DNA of 64,000 nt, taken from positions 288,559-352,558 of the forward strand of contig OY763937.1 in assembly GCA_963667705.1 (NCBI GenBank), in the 5' to 3' direction. The stretch comes from Alphaproteobacteria bacterium. Its GTDB lineage: Bacteria; Pseudomonadota; Alphaproteobacteria; UBA828. The stretch's first letter is position 1. Every line of letters begins with the position of its first letter. Shown here piece after piece: positions 9,114 to 18,861 of this stretch. A program made the position numbers and the translations under genes. Under the pieces are notes generated by a model, which saw only the letters and a program-made list of their open reading frames with translations, did no database searches and had not been told where the DNA came from.

Positions 9114-9751
9114 GTCTCGACCAGCCCGTGACCGCGCAGGAAGGCAAGCAGGGGCAGGAGCGGCAAACCGAGCACCGCGAACCAGTCGCCCCTGATCTCC
9201 GCCAGCAGCTGCCCGCCCAGGCCCTCGGCCTCGTAGCCGCCGACGCAGGCGAGCACGGCGTCGCCCGCGCGCTCGAGATAGCGCTCGAGAAAGGCGTCCG
9301 AGAAGGGCCGCATGGTGAGCTCGGGGCAGGCCAGCCCGCTCCACAGCTCGGCTTCGTCGCGCACCACGGAGACGGCGGTGACCAGCGTGTGCCCGCGGCC
9401 CCTCAGGCGCCGCAGCTGCGTCCGCGCGTCGTCCAGGTCCACCGGCTTGTCGAACCATTCCGTCCCGCACACGAGGAGCTGGTCGGCACCCACCACGAAG
9501 GCCCCCGGCGCCTGCGCGCTGACCCGCCGGGCCTTGAGCGAGGCGAGCGCCTGCGCGGTCGCCCGCCCCTCGGGATCGCCCGGGCGCATGGCGCTCTTGA
9601 TCGCGCTCTCGTCCACCCGCGCCGGCTGAACCGTGAAGGAGAGGCCCGCCGCGCGCAGCATCGCCGCGCGCACGGCCGCCTGAGAGGCGAGCACCAGCTC
9701 CCCGCCGCCGGCCGCGGCGGCAGTCGGCGGGCGCGCATCAGCCGTCGCCAT
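9110..9751 (-). CDS. maf: Maf family nucleotide pyrophosphatase
   Basis: LVLASQ...R, GADQ, KP, LGLPL; conserved position in the operon. Confidence 0.9.
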   Translation of the reverse strand: MATADARPPTAAAAGGGELVLASQAAVRAAMLRAAGLSFTVQPARVDESAIKSAMRPGDPEGRATAQALASLKARRVSAQAPGAFVVGADQLLVCGTEWFDKPVDLDDARTQLRRLRGRGHTLVTAVSVVRDEAELWSGLACPELTMRPFSDAFLERYLERAGDAVLACVGGYEAEGLGGQLLAEIRGDWFAVLGLPLLPLLAFLRGHGLVET

Positions 9752-9823
9752 GGCTACACTCTGCCCTCCGCCTCCTGCCTGTCGGGGGCGAAGAATATAC
9801 CCTTTCGCCGCCGCGCCAACCGG

Positions 9824-10639
9824 TCAGCCCGCGGCGGCCCGGCGGTCGTAGAGCTGCAGGATCGCGGCCGCGGTCTCCTCGATCGAGCGGTGGCTCACGT
9901 CGATCACCGGCCAGCCGGCCTCGGCGAAGAGGCGCCGCGCCTGCCTTACCTCCTCCTCCACCTGCGCCGGGTCGACGTACCCGGTCTCGCCGATTTCGCC
10001 GATCATGCGCATGCGGCTGCGGCGCACGTCGATCAGCAGGTCGGGGTGGCAGGTGAGACCCACCACCAGCGCCTCGGTCGGCGCCATCAGCTCCGGCGGC
10101 AGTGGGCAGCCGGGAACAACCGGCACGTTGGCCGCCTTCAGCCCCCGGTTGGCGAGGTAGAAGCAAGTGGGGGTCTTCGACGTGCGCGAGACCCCCACCA
10201 GCACGACGTCGGCCTCGTCGAGCGTCGCCGGCGCGCGTCCGTCGTCGTGGCCGAGCGCGTAGTTCATCGCCTCGATGCGCTTGAGATAGGCTTCGTCCAT
10301 GACATGCTGGCGGCCGGGCTGGTTGCGGCTCTCGACGCCGAGGAAACCGCTCAGCACCGAGATCACGGGGTCGAGCAGGGCGATGCAGGGAACGTCGATA
10401 CGGCGGCACTCCTCGTGCAGGAGGGCGCGGAGCGCGGGGTCGACCAGGGTGAACATCACCACGCCAGGCTCGGCCTCCACGTGGGCGAGAACACGGCGCA
10501 GCTGGCTCTCCGTCCGCACCAGCGACCAGAGGTGCTCGACTGCATCCACGCCCTGGAACTGCGCAGCCGCGGCGCGGCCGATGGTGATGCAGGTCTCGCC
10601 GGTGGCGTCGGATACCAGATGCAGGTGGAAGCTCGGCAT
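9824..10639 (-). CDS. DUF299 kinase/pyrophosphorylase (PEP synthase/PPDK regulatory protein)
   Basis: HLVSDATGET, HDDG, GVSRTSKTP, SIEETA. Confidence 0.94.
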   Translation of the reverse strand: MPSFHLHLVSDATGETCITIGRAAAAQFQGVDAVEHLWSLVRTESQLRRVLAHVEAEPGVVMFTLVDPALRALLHEECRRIDVPCIALLDPVISVLSGFLGVESRNQPGRQHVMDEAYLKRIEAMNYALGHDDGRAPATLDEADVVLVGVSRTSKTPTCFYLANRGLKAANVPVVPGCPLPPELMAPTEALVVGLTCHPDLLIDVRRSRMRMIGEIGETGYVDPAQVEEEVRQARRLFAEAGWPVIDVSHRSIEETAAAILQLYDRRAAAG

Positions 10640-11039
10640 GGCCCCTCAAGACCTCTCCGGCCCGGCGGCCCCCGCCCCCGGCGTGTGAAGAACGCAGTGA
10701 GCAACGCGGCGTGGACCACGACCCGGCAGCTTTTCCCCAGCTTATCAGATCGCCCGTGTCACACGCCCGTCATCGTGGGGATAACGCTTCCAGCCCGCCA
10801 CATGCCCCACCCTGTTCCCCGCTTTTCCCGCCTTTCGGCCGGAGTTAGCGCCCTTGCCTGCCGCCGTCGTCCAACGCTTTTTCACCTCAAGCACGCGTGT
10901 ACCCCGGGCCCGGCCCCGATGCGACAGCCCAGGGTGACAACTGCCCCAATCCCCGGCTCTCCGGCGCCAACACCAACCACCCTTATCAAGAGTCGATTAA
11001 TGAAGTTAGTCTGGCCGACGTGGGGATAAGGGCCGAATC
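10640..11039. other. Probable chromosomal replication origin (oriC)
   Basis: Divergent DUF299/hemE gap, the established alphaproteobacterial origin location. TTATCCCCA on the minus strand at 10776-10784 and 11021-11029; TTTTCCCCA at 10731-10739; AT-rich patch at 10983-11009; GANTC at 10990 and 11035; parS and parAB within 8 kb. Confidence 0.82.
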
Positions 11040-12098
11040 GTGACTGCAGCACCCGCCGACAAACCGCTGCTTGCGGCGCTGAGGGGCGAGGTGCGGCGGC
11101 CCGTGCCGCTCTGGCTCATGCGTCAGGCCGGTCGATACCTGCCCGAGTACCGGGCGCTGCGGGCCAAGGCGGGGTCCTTCCTCGACCTTTGCTACGACCC
11201 GGCGCTGGCGGCGGAGGCCAGCCTTCAGCCCCTGAGCCGCTTCCCTCTCGACGGGGCGATCCTGTTCTCGGACATCCTGGTGGTGCCGCAAGCGTTGGGC
11301 GCGAAGCTCTGGTTCGAGGAGGGAGAGGGGCCGCGCCTGGAGGCGGTGCGGGAGGGCGACGTCCTGCCGGTCTTCGACGGCGAGAGACAGAGTCGGCGCC
11401 TTGCCCCTGTGTACGGGGCGATGGAGCGGGTGGTATCGACCGTGCCGACGGGCGTGACGGTCCTGGGCTTCGCCGGCGCGCCTTGGACTCTTGCCACCTA
11501 CATGGTGGAAGGGGGCCGCAGCCGGACCTTTGCGGAAGTCAAGGGCTGGGTCGGCCGTGACCCCGAAGGCTTCGCGAGGCTGATTGGAACGCTGGAGGAT
11601 GCGGTGGCGGCGCATCTCGTCGCGCAGCTTGATGCAGGTGCCGATGCCGTTCAGATCTTCGACAGCTGGGCCGGCGCGTTGCCCGCGGGCGCGCTCGGAC
11701 GCTGGTGCATCGCGCCCGTTCGGCGGATCGTGGTCCGTGTGAAGGCTGCACATCCGCAGGCGCCGGTGATCGTCTACGTACGCGGTGTGGGGCGGCGTTG
11801 CAAGAGCGTGGCGGAAGAGGCGGACGCGGACGCGGTATCCGTCGACAGCACGGTGCCGCCGACCTGGGCGGCCGAGCAGTTGCAGACGCGCTGCACCGTG
11901 CAGGGGAACCTCGATCCGGCGACGCTCGTGACGGGCGGCGAGGTGCTGCGGCAGGCCGCCACCGGCATCCTGGAGGCGCTCGGGCACGGTCCCTTCGTCT
12001 TCAACCTCGGCGAGGGCGTGCTGCCCGCGACCCCGCCGGCGCACGTTGCCGAGCTCTGCGACTTGGTGCATGGATGGGCCGCCGGGGCGGAGCGGTGA
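11040..12098 (+). CDS. hemE: Uroporphyrinogen decarboxylase
   Basis: WLMRQAGRYLPEY, FSDIL, GFAGAPWT, QIFDSW. Confidence 0.97.
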   Translation: MTAAPADKPLLAALRGEVRRPVPLWLMRQAGRYLPEYRALRAKAGSFLDLCYDPALAAEASLQPLSRFPLDGAILFSDILVVPQALGAKLWFEEGEGPRLEAVREGDVLPVFDGERQSRRLAPVYGAMERVVSTVPTGVTVLGFAGAPWTLATYMVEGGRSRTFAEVKGWVGRDPEGFARLIGTLEDAVAAHLVAQLDAGADAVQIFDSWAGALPAGALGRWCIAPVRRIVVRVKAAHPQAPVIVYVRGVGRRCKSVAEEADADAVSVDSTVPPTWAAEQLQTRCTVQGNLDPATLVTGGEVLRQAATGILEALGHGPFVFNLGEGVLPATPPAHVAELCDLVHGWAAGAER

Positions 12099-13153
12099 GC
12101 CGGGTTGCCGTGGTGCTGATGAACCTCGGCGGGCCGGATTCGCTCGACGCCGTCGAGCCCTTCCTGCGCAACCTGTTCCGCGACCCCGCGATCATCCGGG
12201 CGCCGGCGCCGGTGCGCCATCTGCTCGGCCGCTGGATTGCGCGCCGGCGCGGTCGCGAGGCGCGCGAGATCTACCGCACGCTCGGCGGGGGCTCGCCACT
12301 GCGCGCGGAGACCGAGGCTCAGGCGACGGCGCTCCGGGCGGCGCTTGCCGATCTCGAGGCGGTCGAGGTCGCGATCGCCATGCGCTACTGGCACCCCATG
12401 AGCGAGGCGGCGGCGCGCACGGTCGCCGCCTTCGGGCCCGACCAGGTGGTGCTGGTGCCGCTCTATCCGCAGTTCTCCACCACCACCACCGCGTCCTCGC
12501 TCGCTGCCTGGGACGCGGCGGCCACGGTCGCCGGGATCGCCGCGCCTACCCGTGCGGTCTGCTGCTATCCGCAGGCCGAGGGGCTGATCGACGCCCATGC
12601 GGCGCTGATCGCGCCCCTGCTCGATGCCGCGGCCGAGGCCGGCCCGCCGCGGCTCCTCCTCTCCGCCCACGGGCTGCCCCGGAGCGTGGTCGCGCGGGGC
12701 GATCCCTACCAGTGGCAGGTGGAAGAGACGGCGCGCCGCATCGTCGACCGCCTCGACCGGCCGGAGCTGGACTGGCGGGTCTGCTACCAGAGCAAGGTGG
12801 GGCCGCTCGCCTGGCTCGAGCCCGCGACCGCGGACGAGATCGAGCGCGCCGGCCGCGATCGCGTGCCGCTGGTGGTGGCGCCGGCCGCCTTCGTCTCCGA
12901 GCACAGCGAGACCTTGGTGGAACTCGACGTCACCTGCCGGGAGCTGGCGGAGCGGGTGGGCGTGCCGGCCTATCACCGGGTGCGGGCGCTCGGTACCCAC
13001 GAGGCCTTCATCGCGGCGCTGGCGGGCCTCGTGCGGGGCGCGCTGAAGGCGATGGACGCGGGCGATGGCACGGGCCTCGGCGCGGCGGGCACGGGCGCGC
13101 GCCTCTGCCCCGCGGCCCATGGCGCCTGCCCGCTCGCGGCGCAAGGGGCGTAG
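12095..13153 (+). CDS. hemH: Ferrochelatase
   Basis: MNLGGP, LYPQFSTTT, SAHGLP, YQSKVGP, FVSEHSETL; GTGA overlap with hemE. Confidence 0.96.
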   Translation: MSRVAVVLMNLGGPDSLDAVEPFLRNLFRDPAIIRAPAPVRHLLGRWIARRRGREAREIYRTLGGGSPLRAETEAQATALRAALADLEAVEVAIAMRYWHPMSEAAARTVAAFGPDQVVLVPLYPQFSTTTTASSLAAWDAAATVAGIAAPTRAVCCYPQAEGLIDAHAALIAPLLDAAAEAGPPRLLLSAHGLPRSVVARGDPYQWQVEETARRIVDRLDRPELDWRVCYQSKVGPLAWLEPATADEIERAGRDRVPLVVAPAAFVSEHSETLVELDVTCRELAERVGVPAYHRVRALGTHEAFIAALAGLVRGALKAMDAGDGTGLGAAGTGARLCPAAHGACPLAAQGA

Positions 13154-13156
13154 ACC

Positions 13157-13600
13157 GTGGCCGACGACCCCCTCGCCTGGCTTGGGGCGCTGCACGTGAT
13201 CGCCGTCATCGCCTGGATGGCGGGGATGCTCTACCTGCCCCGGCTCTACGTCTACCACGCCGACGCCGCGCCCGGCTCCGAGTTCTCGGAGAAGCTCAAG
13301 CTCATGGAGCGCCGCCTGCTGCGCATCATCATCAACCCGGCGATGGTCCTGAGCTTCGGCTTCGGCGGCGCGCTGCTGGCCCATCCCGGCGTGATCGACT
13401 GGTCGGGCGACATCTGGATCTACGTGAAGCTCGCCCTGGTGGCGCTGCTGGCGACCTACCACGGGCTGCTCGCGCGCTGGCGCCGCGACTTCGCCGCCGA
13501 CCGCAACCGCCGCAGCGCGCGCTTCTACCGCCGGATGAACGAGGTGCCGACGCTTGCGATGATCGGCATCGTCGTCATGGTTATCGTCAGGCCCTTCTGA
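13157..13600 (+). CDS. hemJ: Protoporphyrinogen oxidase HemJ
   Basis: LHVIAVIAWMAGMLYLPRLYVYH, MERRL, NEVPT. Confidence 0.95.
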   Translation: MADDPLAWLGALHVIAVIAWMAGMLYLPRLYVYHADAAPGSEFSEKLKLMERRLLRIIINPAMVLSFGFGGALLAHPGVIDWSGDIWIYVKLALVALLATYHGLLARWRRDFAADRNRRSARFYRRMNEVPTLAMIGIVVMVIVRPF

Positions 13601-13618
13601 GACGGGAGCGCGCGAGCG

Positions 13619-14716
13619 ATGGCGAGCAAGGCCGGAGTCCTGTCGAGCACCGGGATCGGCGCGCTGATCGAGAGCGGCGCGGTCAGCGCGGACGAGCCCG
13701 TAGCCCAGGGGCAGATCCAGCCGGCGAGCCTGGACTTGCGTCTCGGACCGAAGGCCTATCGCGTGCGCGCGAGCTTCCTGCCCGGGCGCGAGAGCGTGAG
13801 CGCGAAGATCGCGCGCCTCGGCATGCACGAGATCGACCTCGGCGCGAGCGCCGTGCTGGAACGCGGCTGCGTCTATATCGTGCCGCTGATGGAGAGCCTC
13901 GCGCTCGCGCCCGATATCGCGGCCCACGCCAACCCCAAGAGCTCGACCGGGCGGCTCGATATCTTCACCCGGCTCATCACCGACGAGGCGCGCGAGTTCG
14001 ACCGCGTCAAGCGCGGCTACGCGGGGCTGCTCTACGCCGAGGTCTCGCCGCGCACCTTCAGCGTCGTTGTGCGCGCGGGCAGCCGGCTCAACCAACTCCG
14101 CTTCAAGCGGGGCGAGCCCGGCTATTCCGACCGCGCGCTGCGCCAGCTCCATGCCGAGCGGCGGCTGATCGAGGGCGAGGTCGGGCGCGAGGGTTTTTCC
14201 GGCGGTCTGCCGCTCACCGTCGACCTTGTGGGCGACGGCGGCCTGGTGGGCTGGAAGGCGAAGCGCCACGCCGACCTGATCGACCTCGACGCCGTCGGCC
14301 GCTACGACGCGGACGACTTCTGGGAACCCATCGCGCCCCCCTCAGGCGCGGGCGTGATCCTGAACCCGGACGACTTCTACATCCTGGCCTCGAAGGAATC
14401 GGTGCGGATCCCGCCGGACCACGCCGCCGAGATGGTGGCCTACGACACCCTCGTCGGCGAGTTCCGCGCGCACTACGCGGGCTTCTTCGATCCCGGCTTC
14501 GGCCACGACGAGGCCGGCGGCGGCGGCACCCGCGCGGTGCTCGAGGTGCGCTCCCACGACGTGCCCTTCGTGATCGAGGACGGCCAGACCATCGGCCGGC
14601 TGCTCTTCGAGCCCCTGACCGAGCGCCCGGCCGCACTCTACGGCCAGGGCATCGGCTCTTCCTACCAGCGCCAGGGACTCGCGCTCGCCAAGCAGTTCAG
14701 GCGGGCGGAATCCTGA
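13619..14716 (+). CDS. dcd: dCTP deaminase (long alphaproteobacterial form)
   Basis: QPASLDLRLG, NPKSSTGRLD, HYAGFFDPGFG, VLEVRSH. Confidence 0.92.
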   Translation: MASKAGVLSSTGIGALIESGAVSADEPVAQGQIQPASLDLRLGPKAYRVRASFLPGRESVSAKIARLGMHEIDLGASAVLERGCVYIVPLMESLALAPDIAAHANPKSSTGRLDIFTRLITDEAREFDRVKRGYAGLLYAEVSPRTFSVVVRAGSRLNQLRFKRGEPGYSDRALRQLHAERRLIEGEVGREGFSGGLPLTVDLVGDGGLVGWKAKRHADLIDLDAVGRYDADDFWEPIAPPSGAGVILNPDDFYILASKESVRIPPDHAAEMVAYDTLVGEFRAHYAGFFDPGFGHDEAGGGGTRAVLEVRSHDVPFVIEDGQTIGRLLFEPLTERPAALYGQGIGSSYQRQGLALAKQFRRAES

Positions 14717-15020
14717 GTGCTTGGCAGACGCGTATCGTGACACGGGAGGGGACCGGGCCGTAGGCGCGTAGCCAAGCGAGCGGAGCGAGCGCCCGGCGCC
14801 TGAGAGTGCGATTGAATCAACATAATCTTCGTTTGACTCCGCCGATTGCCACCCGATAGGGTAGGACACCGCGCCCGACGGAACGGGCGGGCGACCCCCC
14901 TGCCCGCCGCCGGCGCAACCTTCTCGCAAATTTTTGCCCGCCGATCCTCATCGGGTTTGCGCCTTTCGCGTGCCGCCGTCCGGCAGCACCGCCCTCCGCC
15001 CCACAACGGCAGTGCCCGTC

Positions 15021-16277
15021 ATGCATTTGCAAGAGCTCAAGACCCAGACCCCGACTCAGTTGATCGACCTCGCCGAGGACCTCGCGATCGAGAACGCGAA
15101 CTCCATGCGCCGCCAGGACCTGATGTTCGCGATCCTGCGCCAGCTCGCGGAGAACGACCAGGCGATCTTCGGCTCGGGCGTGCTGGAGACGCTGTCGGAC
15201 GGCTTCGGCTTCCTGCGCTCGCCGGAGTCCAACTACCTGCCGGGCCCCGACGACATCTACGTGAGCCCGAGCCAGATCCGCCGCTTCGGGCTGCGCACGG
15301 GCGATACCCTGGAGGGGCAGATTCGCGCGCCGCGCGACGGCGAGCGCTACTTCGCCCTGCTCAAGCTCAACAACATCAACTTCGACCCGCCGGAGAACCT
15401 GCGGCACAAGGTCAACTTCGACAACCTGACGCCGCTCTACCCCGAGCAGCGCTTCAGCATGGAGGTCGCCGACGCCGCGCGGAAGGACACCACCAGCCGC
15501 ATCCTCGACATCGTGGCGCCGCTCGGCAAGGGCCAGCGGGCGCTGATCGTGGCCCCGCCGCGCACCGGCAAGACCATGATGCTGCAGAACATCGCGCACT
15601 CGATCGAGGAGAACCACCCCGAGGCCTACCTCATCGTGCTGCTGGTGGACGAGCGGCCGGAGGAGGTCACCGACATGGACCGCTCGGTGAAGGGCGAGGT
15701 GGTGAGCTCGACCTTCGACGAGCCCGCGTCGCGCCACGTGCAGGTGGCCGAGATGGTGATCGAGAAGGCCAAGCGCCTGGTGGAGCACAAGCGCGACGTG
15801 GTGATCCTGCTGGATTCGATCACCCGGCTCGCGCGCGCCTACAACACCGTGGTGCCGTCGTCGGGCAAGGTGCTGACCGGCGGTGTGGACGCCAACGCGC
15901 TGCAGCGGCCCAAGCGCTTCTTCGGCGCGGCGCGGAACATCGAGCACGGCGGCTCGCTCACCATCATCGCGACGGCGCTGATCGACACCGGCTCGCGCAT
16001 GGACGAGGTGATCTTCGAGGAGTTCAAGGGCACCGGCAACTCGGAGATCATCCTGGACCGCAAGCTCGCCGACAAGCGCACCTGGCCCAGCATGGACATC
16101 GCGCGCTCCGGCACGCGCAAGGAGGAGCTGCTGGTCGACCGCGCGACCCTCGCCAAGATGTGGGTGCTGCGCCGCATCCTCTCGCCCATGGGCACGGTGG
16201 ATGCCATGGAATTCTTGGTCGACAAGCTCAAAGCGACCAAGACCAACGAGGAATTCTTCGCCTCGATGAATACCTAG
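15021..16277 (+). CDS. rho: Transcription termination factor Rho
   Basis: [39 protein letters not shown]. Confidence 0.98.
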   Translation: MHLQELKTQTPTQLIDLAEDLAIENANSMRRQDLMFAILRQLAENDQAIFGSGVLETLSDGFGFLRSPESNYLPGPDDIYVSPSQIRRFGLRTGDTLEGQIRAPRDGERYFALLKLNNINFDPPENLRHKVNFDNLTPLYPEQRFSMEVADAARKDTTSRILDIVAPLGKGQRALIVAPPRTGKTMMLQNIAHSIEENHPEAYLIVLLVDERPEEVTDMDRSVKGEVVSSTFDEPASRHVQVAEMVIEKAKRLVEHKRDVVILLDSITRLARAYNTVVPSSGKVLTGGVDANALQRPKRFFGAARNIEHGGSLTIIATALIDTGSRMDEVIFEEFKGTGNSEIILDRKLADKRTWPSMDIARSGTRKEELLVDRATLAKMWVLRRILSPMGTVDAMEFLVDKLKATKTNEEFFASMNT

Positions 16278-16290
16278 CCGCTCACGCTCG

Positions 16291-16363
16291 CAGGGTCGCG
16301 CCCGCCCGCAGGGTCGTGCGCGGGTGACACAGGGTGGCGCACTCGGACCGTAGCAGCGCCCTG
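16291..16363. repeat. Three direct and one inverted copy of an 11-bp CAGGG-led motif
   Basis: CAGGGTCGCGC at 16291, CAGGGTCGTGC at 16309, CAGGGTGGCGC at 16330; inverted GCAGCGCCCTG at 16353-16363. Confidence 0.55.
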
Positions 16364-16471
16364 TTTGTTAGCTAGACATGTAATTGATGGCGAGCGATAA
16401 CCCATTGGTGTAGCTGTAAAAACGCCCCGCTACAGGCCGCGCCTCTAGGGGCCTCCGGCGAAACGTGGCGG

Positions 16472-17377
16472 TCAAGGGCGCGAGGGTGGAGGCGTCCGCA
16501 ACCGGGCGATGAGGGAGTCGAGCTGCTCCGGCTGCCTGTAGGCGACGGTGAGGCGGCCGCCGTTGCCGCGTGCGGCCGGCGTGATGGCGACCTTGAGGCC
16601 AAGGACGCGGCCGAGCTCCTTCTCCAGCGCGCGGATGTCGGGATCGACGGCTGGCGTTGTCTTCGGGGCCCTTTCTTGTCCGGCGCGGCGCACCAGCGCC
16701 TCGGTCTGGCGCACGGTGAGCCCGAGGCGCACCACCGTCTCCGCGAGCTGCGCCGGGTCGTCCGCTGCCAGCAGCGCGCGCCCGTGGCCCGCGCTCAGGG
16801 CAGCGTCGGCGATCAGCGTCTTCACCGGCGCGGGCAGGTCGAGCAGGCGCACCGTGTTGGCCACGTGGCTGCGCGACTTTCCGAGCGCCTGCGCCACGTC
16901 CTCCTGGCGGTGGGCGAAGTCGTCGATCAGGCGGCGGTAGGCCGATGCTTCCTCCAGCGGGTTGAGGTCGCGGCGCTGCAGGTTCTCCACCAGCGCGATC
17001 TCGATGCTCTCGGCATCGCTCAGGCGGCGCACCACCGCCGGCACCTCGTGGATGCCGGCTCGCTGCGCTGCGCGCCAGCGCCGCTCGCCCGCGACGATCT
17101 GATAGGGCGCGTCCCCGGCCGCGCCCTCCGCGGGCCGCACCACCAGCGGCTGGACGATTCCCCTCTCCCGGATCGAGGCGGCGAGGCTCTTGATCTCGGC
17201 TTCGTCGAAATGCCGGCGCGGCTGGCCCGGATGGGGTGCCAGCTGCTCGATGGGGATGGAGAGCAGCGTGCCCTCGCGCGCGCTGCCTGCGCCGGGATCC
17301 ACGGTCTCGCCGAGGAGGGCGGCGAGGCCCTTGCCGAGGCCGCGCTGACGCGGGTGGGGGCTCGGATCGGGTGTCAT
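16472..17377 (-). CDS. parB: Chromosome partitioning protein ParB
   Basis: RGLGKGL N-terminal peptide, [22 protein letters not shown] and an HTH. Confidence 0.96.
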   Translation of the reverse strand: MTPDPSPHPRQRGLGKGLAALLGETVDPGAGSAREGTLLSIPIEQLAPHPGQPRRHFDEAEIKSLAASIRERGIVQPLVVRPAEGAAGDAPYQIVAGERRWRAAQRAGIHEVPAVVRRLSDAESIEIALVENLQRRDLNPLEEASAYRRLIDDFAHRQEDVAQALGKSRSHVANTVRLLDLPAPVKTLIADAALSAGHGRALLAADDPAQLAETVVRLGLTVRQTEALVRRAGQERAPKTTPAVDPDIRALEKELGRVLGLKVAITPAARGNGGRLTVAYRQPEQLDSLIARLRTPPPSRP

Positions 17378-18252
17378 GCTGCGCTCTCCCTCATCTGTCG
17401 CTCGCGCCGCAGCAGCTCGCCCGCCAGGTGGGCGTAGGCCTGGGCGCCGGGGCAGCGGAAATCGTGGAGCAGGACCGGCACGCCGTAGGACGGCGCCTCG
17501 GCGACGCGCACGTTGCGCGGGATGACGGTGTCGTAGACCGCATCGCCCAGATGCGCGCGCACGTCGTCGCGGACCTGGGCGGAGAGGTTGATGCGCTGGT
17601 CGAACTTGGTGAGCACGACGCCGGGAACGCGGAGCGTCGGGTTGAAGGCGGCGCGCACGCGCTCGACGGTGCCCAGGAAGTTGATCAGCCCGTCGAGCGC
17701 GAGGAACTCGCACTCCACCGGCACCAGAACGGCATCGGCGGCGACCAGCGCGTTGATGGTTAGCATGCCAAGTGCTGGCGGGCAGTCGATCAGCACGTAG
17801 CCGCGATTGCCCCCGAGAGCGCCGCCCCGGGCGAGTGCTGGCGCCAGCGCCTCCTTCAGGCAGTGCTGGGGGCGGTCGCTGCCGGGGAGCTCGACCTCGG
17901 CGGCGGCGAGATCGGCGCTCGCCGGCACAATGGAGAGGCCGGGGACCGCCGTCTCCTGCGTCGCTGCGGCGAGCGGCGTGCCCTGCAGCAGCTCGTAGGA
18001 GCCGGGCGCGCGCGCCGTTTGCGGAACGCCGAGGCCAGTGCTGGCGTTGCCCTGCGGGTCGAGGTCGAGCAGCAGCACGGACCGGCCCGCGGCGGCAAGC
18101 GCGGTGCCGAGGTTGATGGCGGTGGTGGTCTTGCCGACGCCGCCCTTCTGGTTGGCGACGGCGGTGATCAGGGGCCGCCCGGCTGGGGCTGCGGCGGCGG
18201 CCGGGGCCGGCGTGTCGCGCAGGCCGGACTCAGGGGCGGCGGCGTTCGACAT
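17374..18252 (-). CDS. parA: Chromosome partitioning ATPase ParA
   Basis: NQKGGVGKTTT, DLDPQGNAS, IDCPP, IPRNVRVAEAPS. Confidence 0.96.
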   Translation of the reverse strand: MSNAAAPESGLRDTPAPAAAAAPAGRPLITAVANQKGGVGKTTTAINLGTALAAAGRSVLLLDLDPQGNASTGLGVPQTARAPGSYELLQGTPLAAATQETAVPGLSIVPASADLAAAEVELPGSDRPQHCLKEALAPALARGGALGGNRGYVLIDCPPALGMLTINALVAADAVLVPVECEFLALDGLINFLGTVERVRAAFNPTLRVPGVVLTKFDQRINLSAQVRDDVRAHLGDAVYDTVIPRNVRVAEAPSYGVPVLLHDFRCPGAQAYAHLAGELLRRERQMRESAA

Positions 18253-18856
18253 CGCTGATCCTCAGTATCCGCGCCTCCGCCGCCGTGCGGCTGGGGACGA
18301 TCTCCGCCCGGAAGTCCCAGCGCTCCTGCGCCGCCTCCAGCTCGCTGCGGTAGCGTCGACCCTTCGGGAATATACAATATGTATGAGTTTCAAGCACAGG
18401 GAAAACAAGACCTAGCAATTCGGGCAGTGGCGCGCAGGCCCGCGCCGTGATCGTGCCGGCGGGTGCGAGCCGGGCCTGCACGGCCGCGTCCTCGAGGCGC
18501 CCCTCGATCACCGCGACCCGCGTGCCGGTCTCGTGCGCCACCTCGCGCAGGAAGGCGCAGCGCTTGGCGTTGGCCTCGACCAGGCTTACCCGGCGTGCGC
18601 CGTCGAGGATCGCGAGCACCATGCCGGGGAAGCCCGCGCCGCTGCCGACATCGACCGTGTGGCCGCGCGCGTCGTCCGCCAGCAGGGGGGCGAGCTGCGC
18701 CGAGTCGAGGAAGTGCCGGGTCCAGAGATCGGGAAGCGAGGCGTCCGAGACTAGGTTGGTGCGTCGCTGGCGGCGGCGGAGGAGGGTCTCGTAGATTTCC
18801 AGCCGCGCGCGTGTTTCACGTGAAACATCGCGCCGGAAGGCCTCGCCCGGCTCCAT
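18230..18856 (-). CDS. rsmG: 16S rRNA m7G527 methyltransferase RsmG (GidB)
   Basis: RHFLDSAQL, DVGSGAGFPG, TARA, PKG. Confidence 0.95.
   Translation of the reverse strand: MEPGEAFRRDVSRETRARLEIYETLLRRRQRRTNLVSDASLPDLWTRHFLDSAQLAPLLADDARGHTVDVGSGAGFPGMVLAILDGARRVSLVEANAKRCAFLREVAHETGTRVAVIEGRLEDAAVQARLAPAGTITARACAPLPELLGLVFPVLETHTYCIFPKGRRYRSELEAAQERWDFRAEIVPSRTAAEARILRISDVERRRP
18812..18827. promoter_or_regulatory. parS centromere site
   Basis: Perfect TGTTTCACGTGAAACA palindrome inside the 5' end of rsmG (encodes VSRET). Confidence 0.95.
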
Positions 18857-18861
18857 CCGGT

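Noticed and set aside
10997-11009. Possible CtrA site TTAA-N5-TTAG in oriC
   Set aside because: Spacing does not fit TTAA-N7-TTAA; at most a half site.
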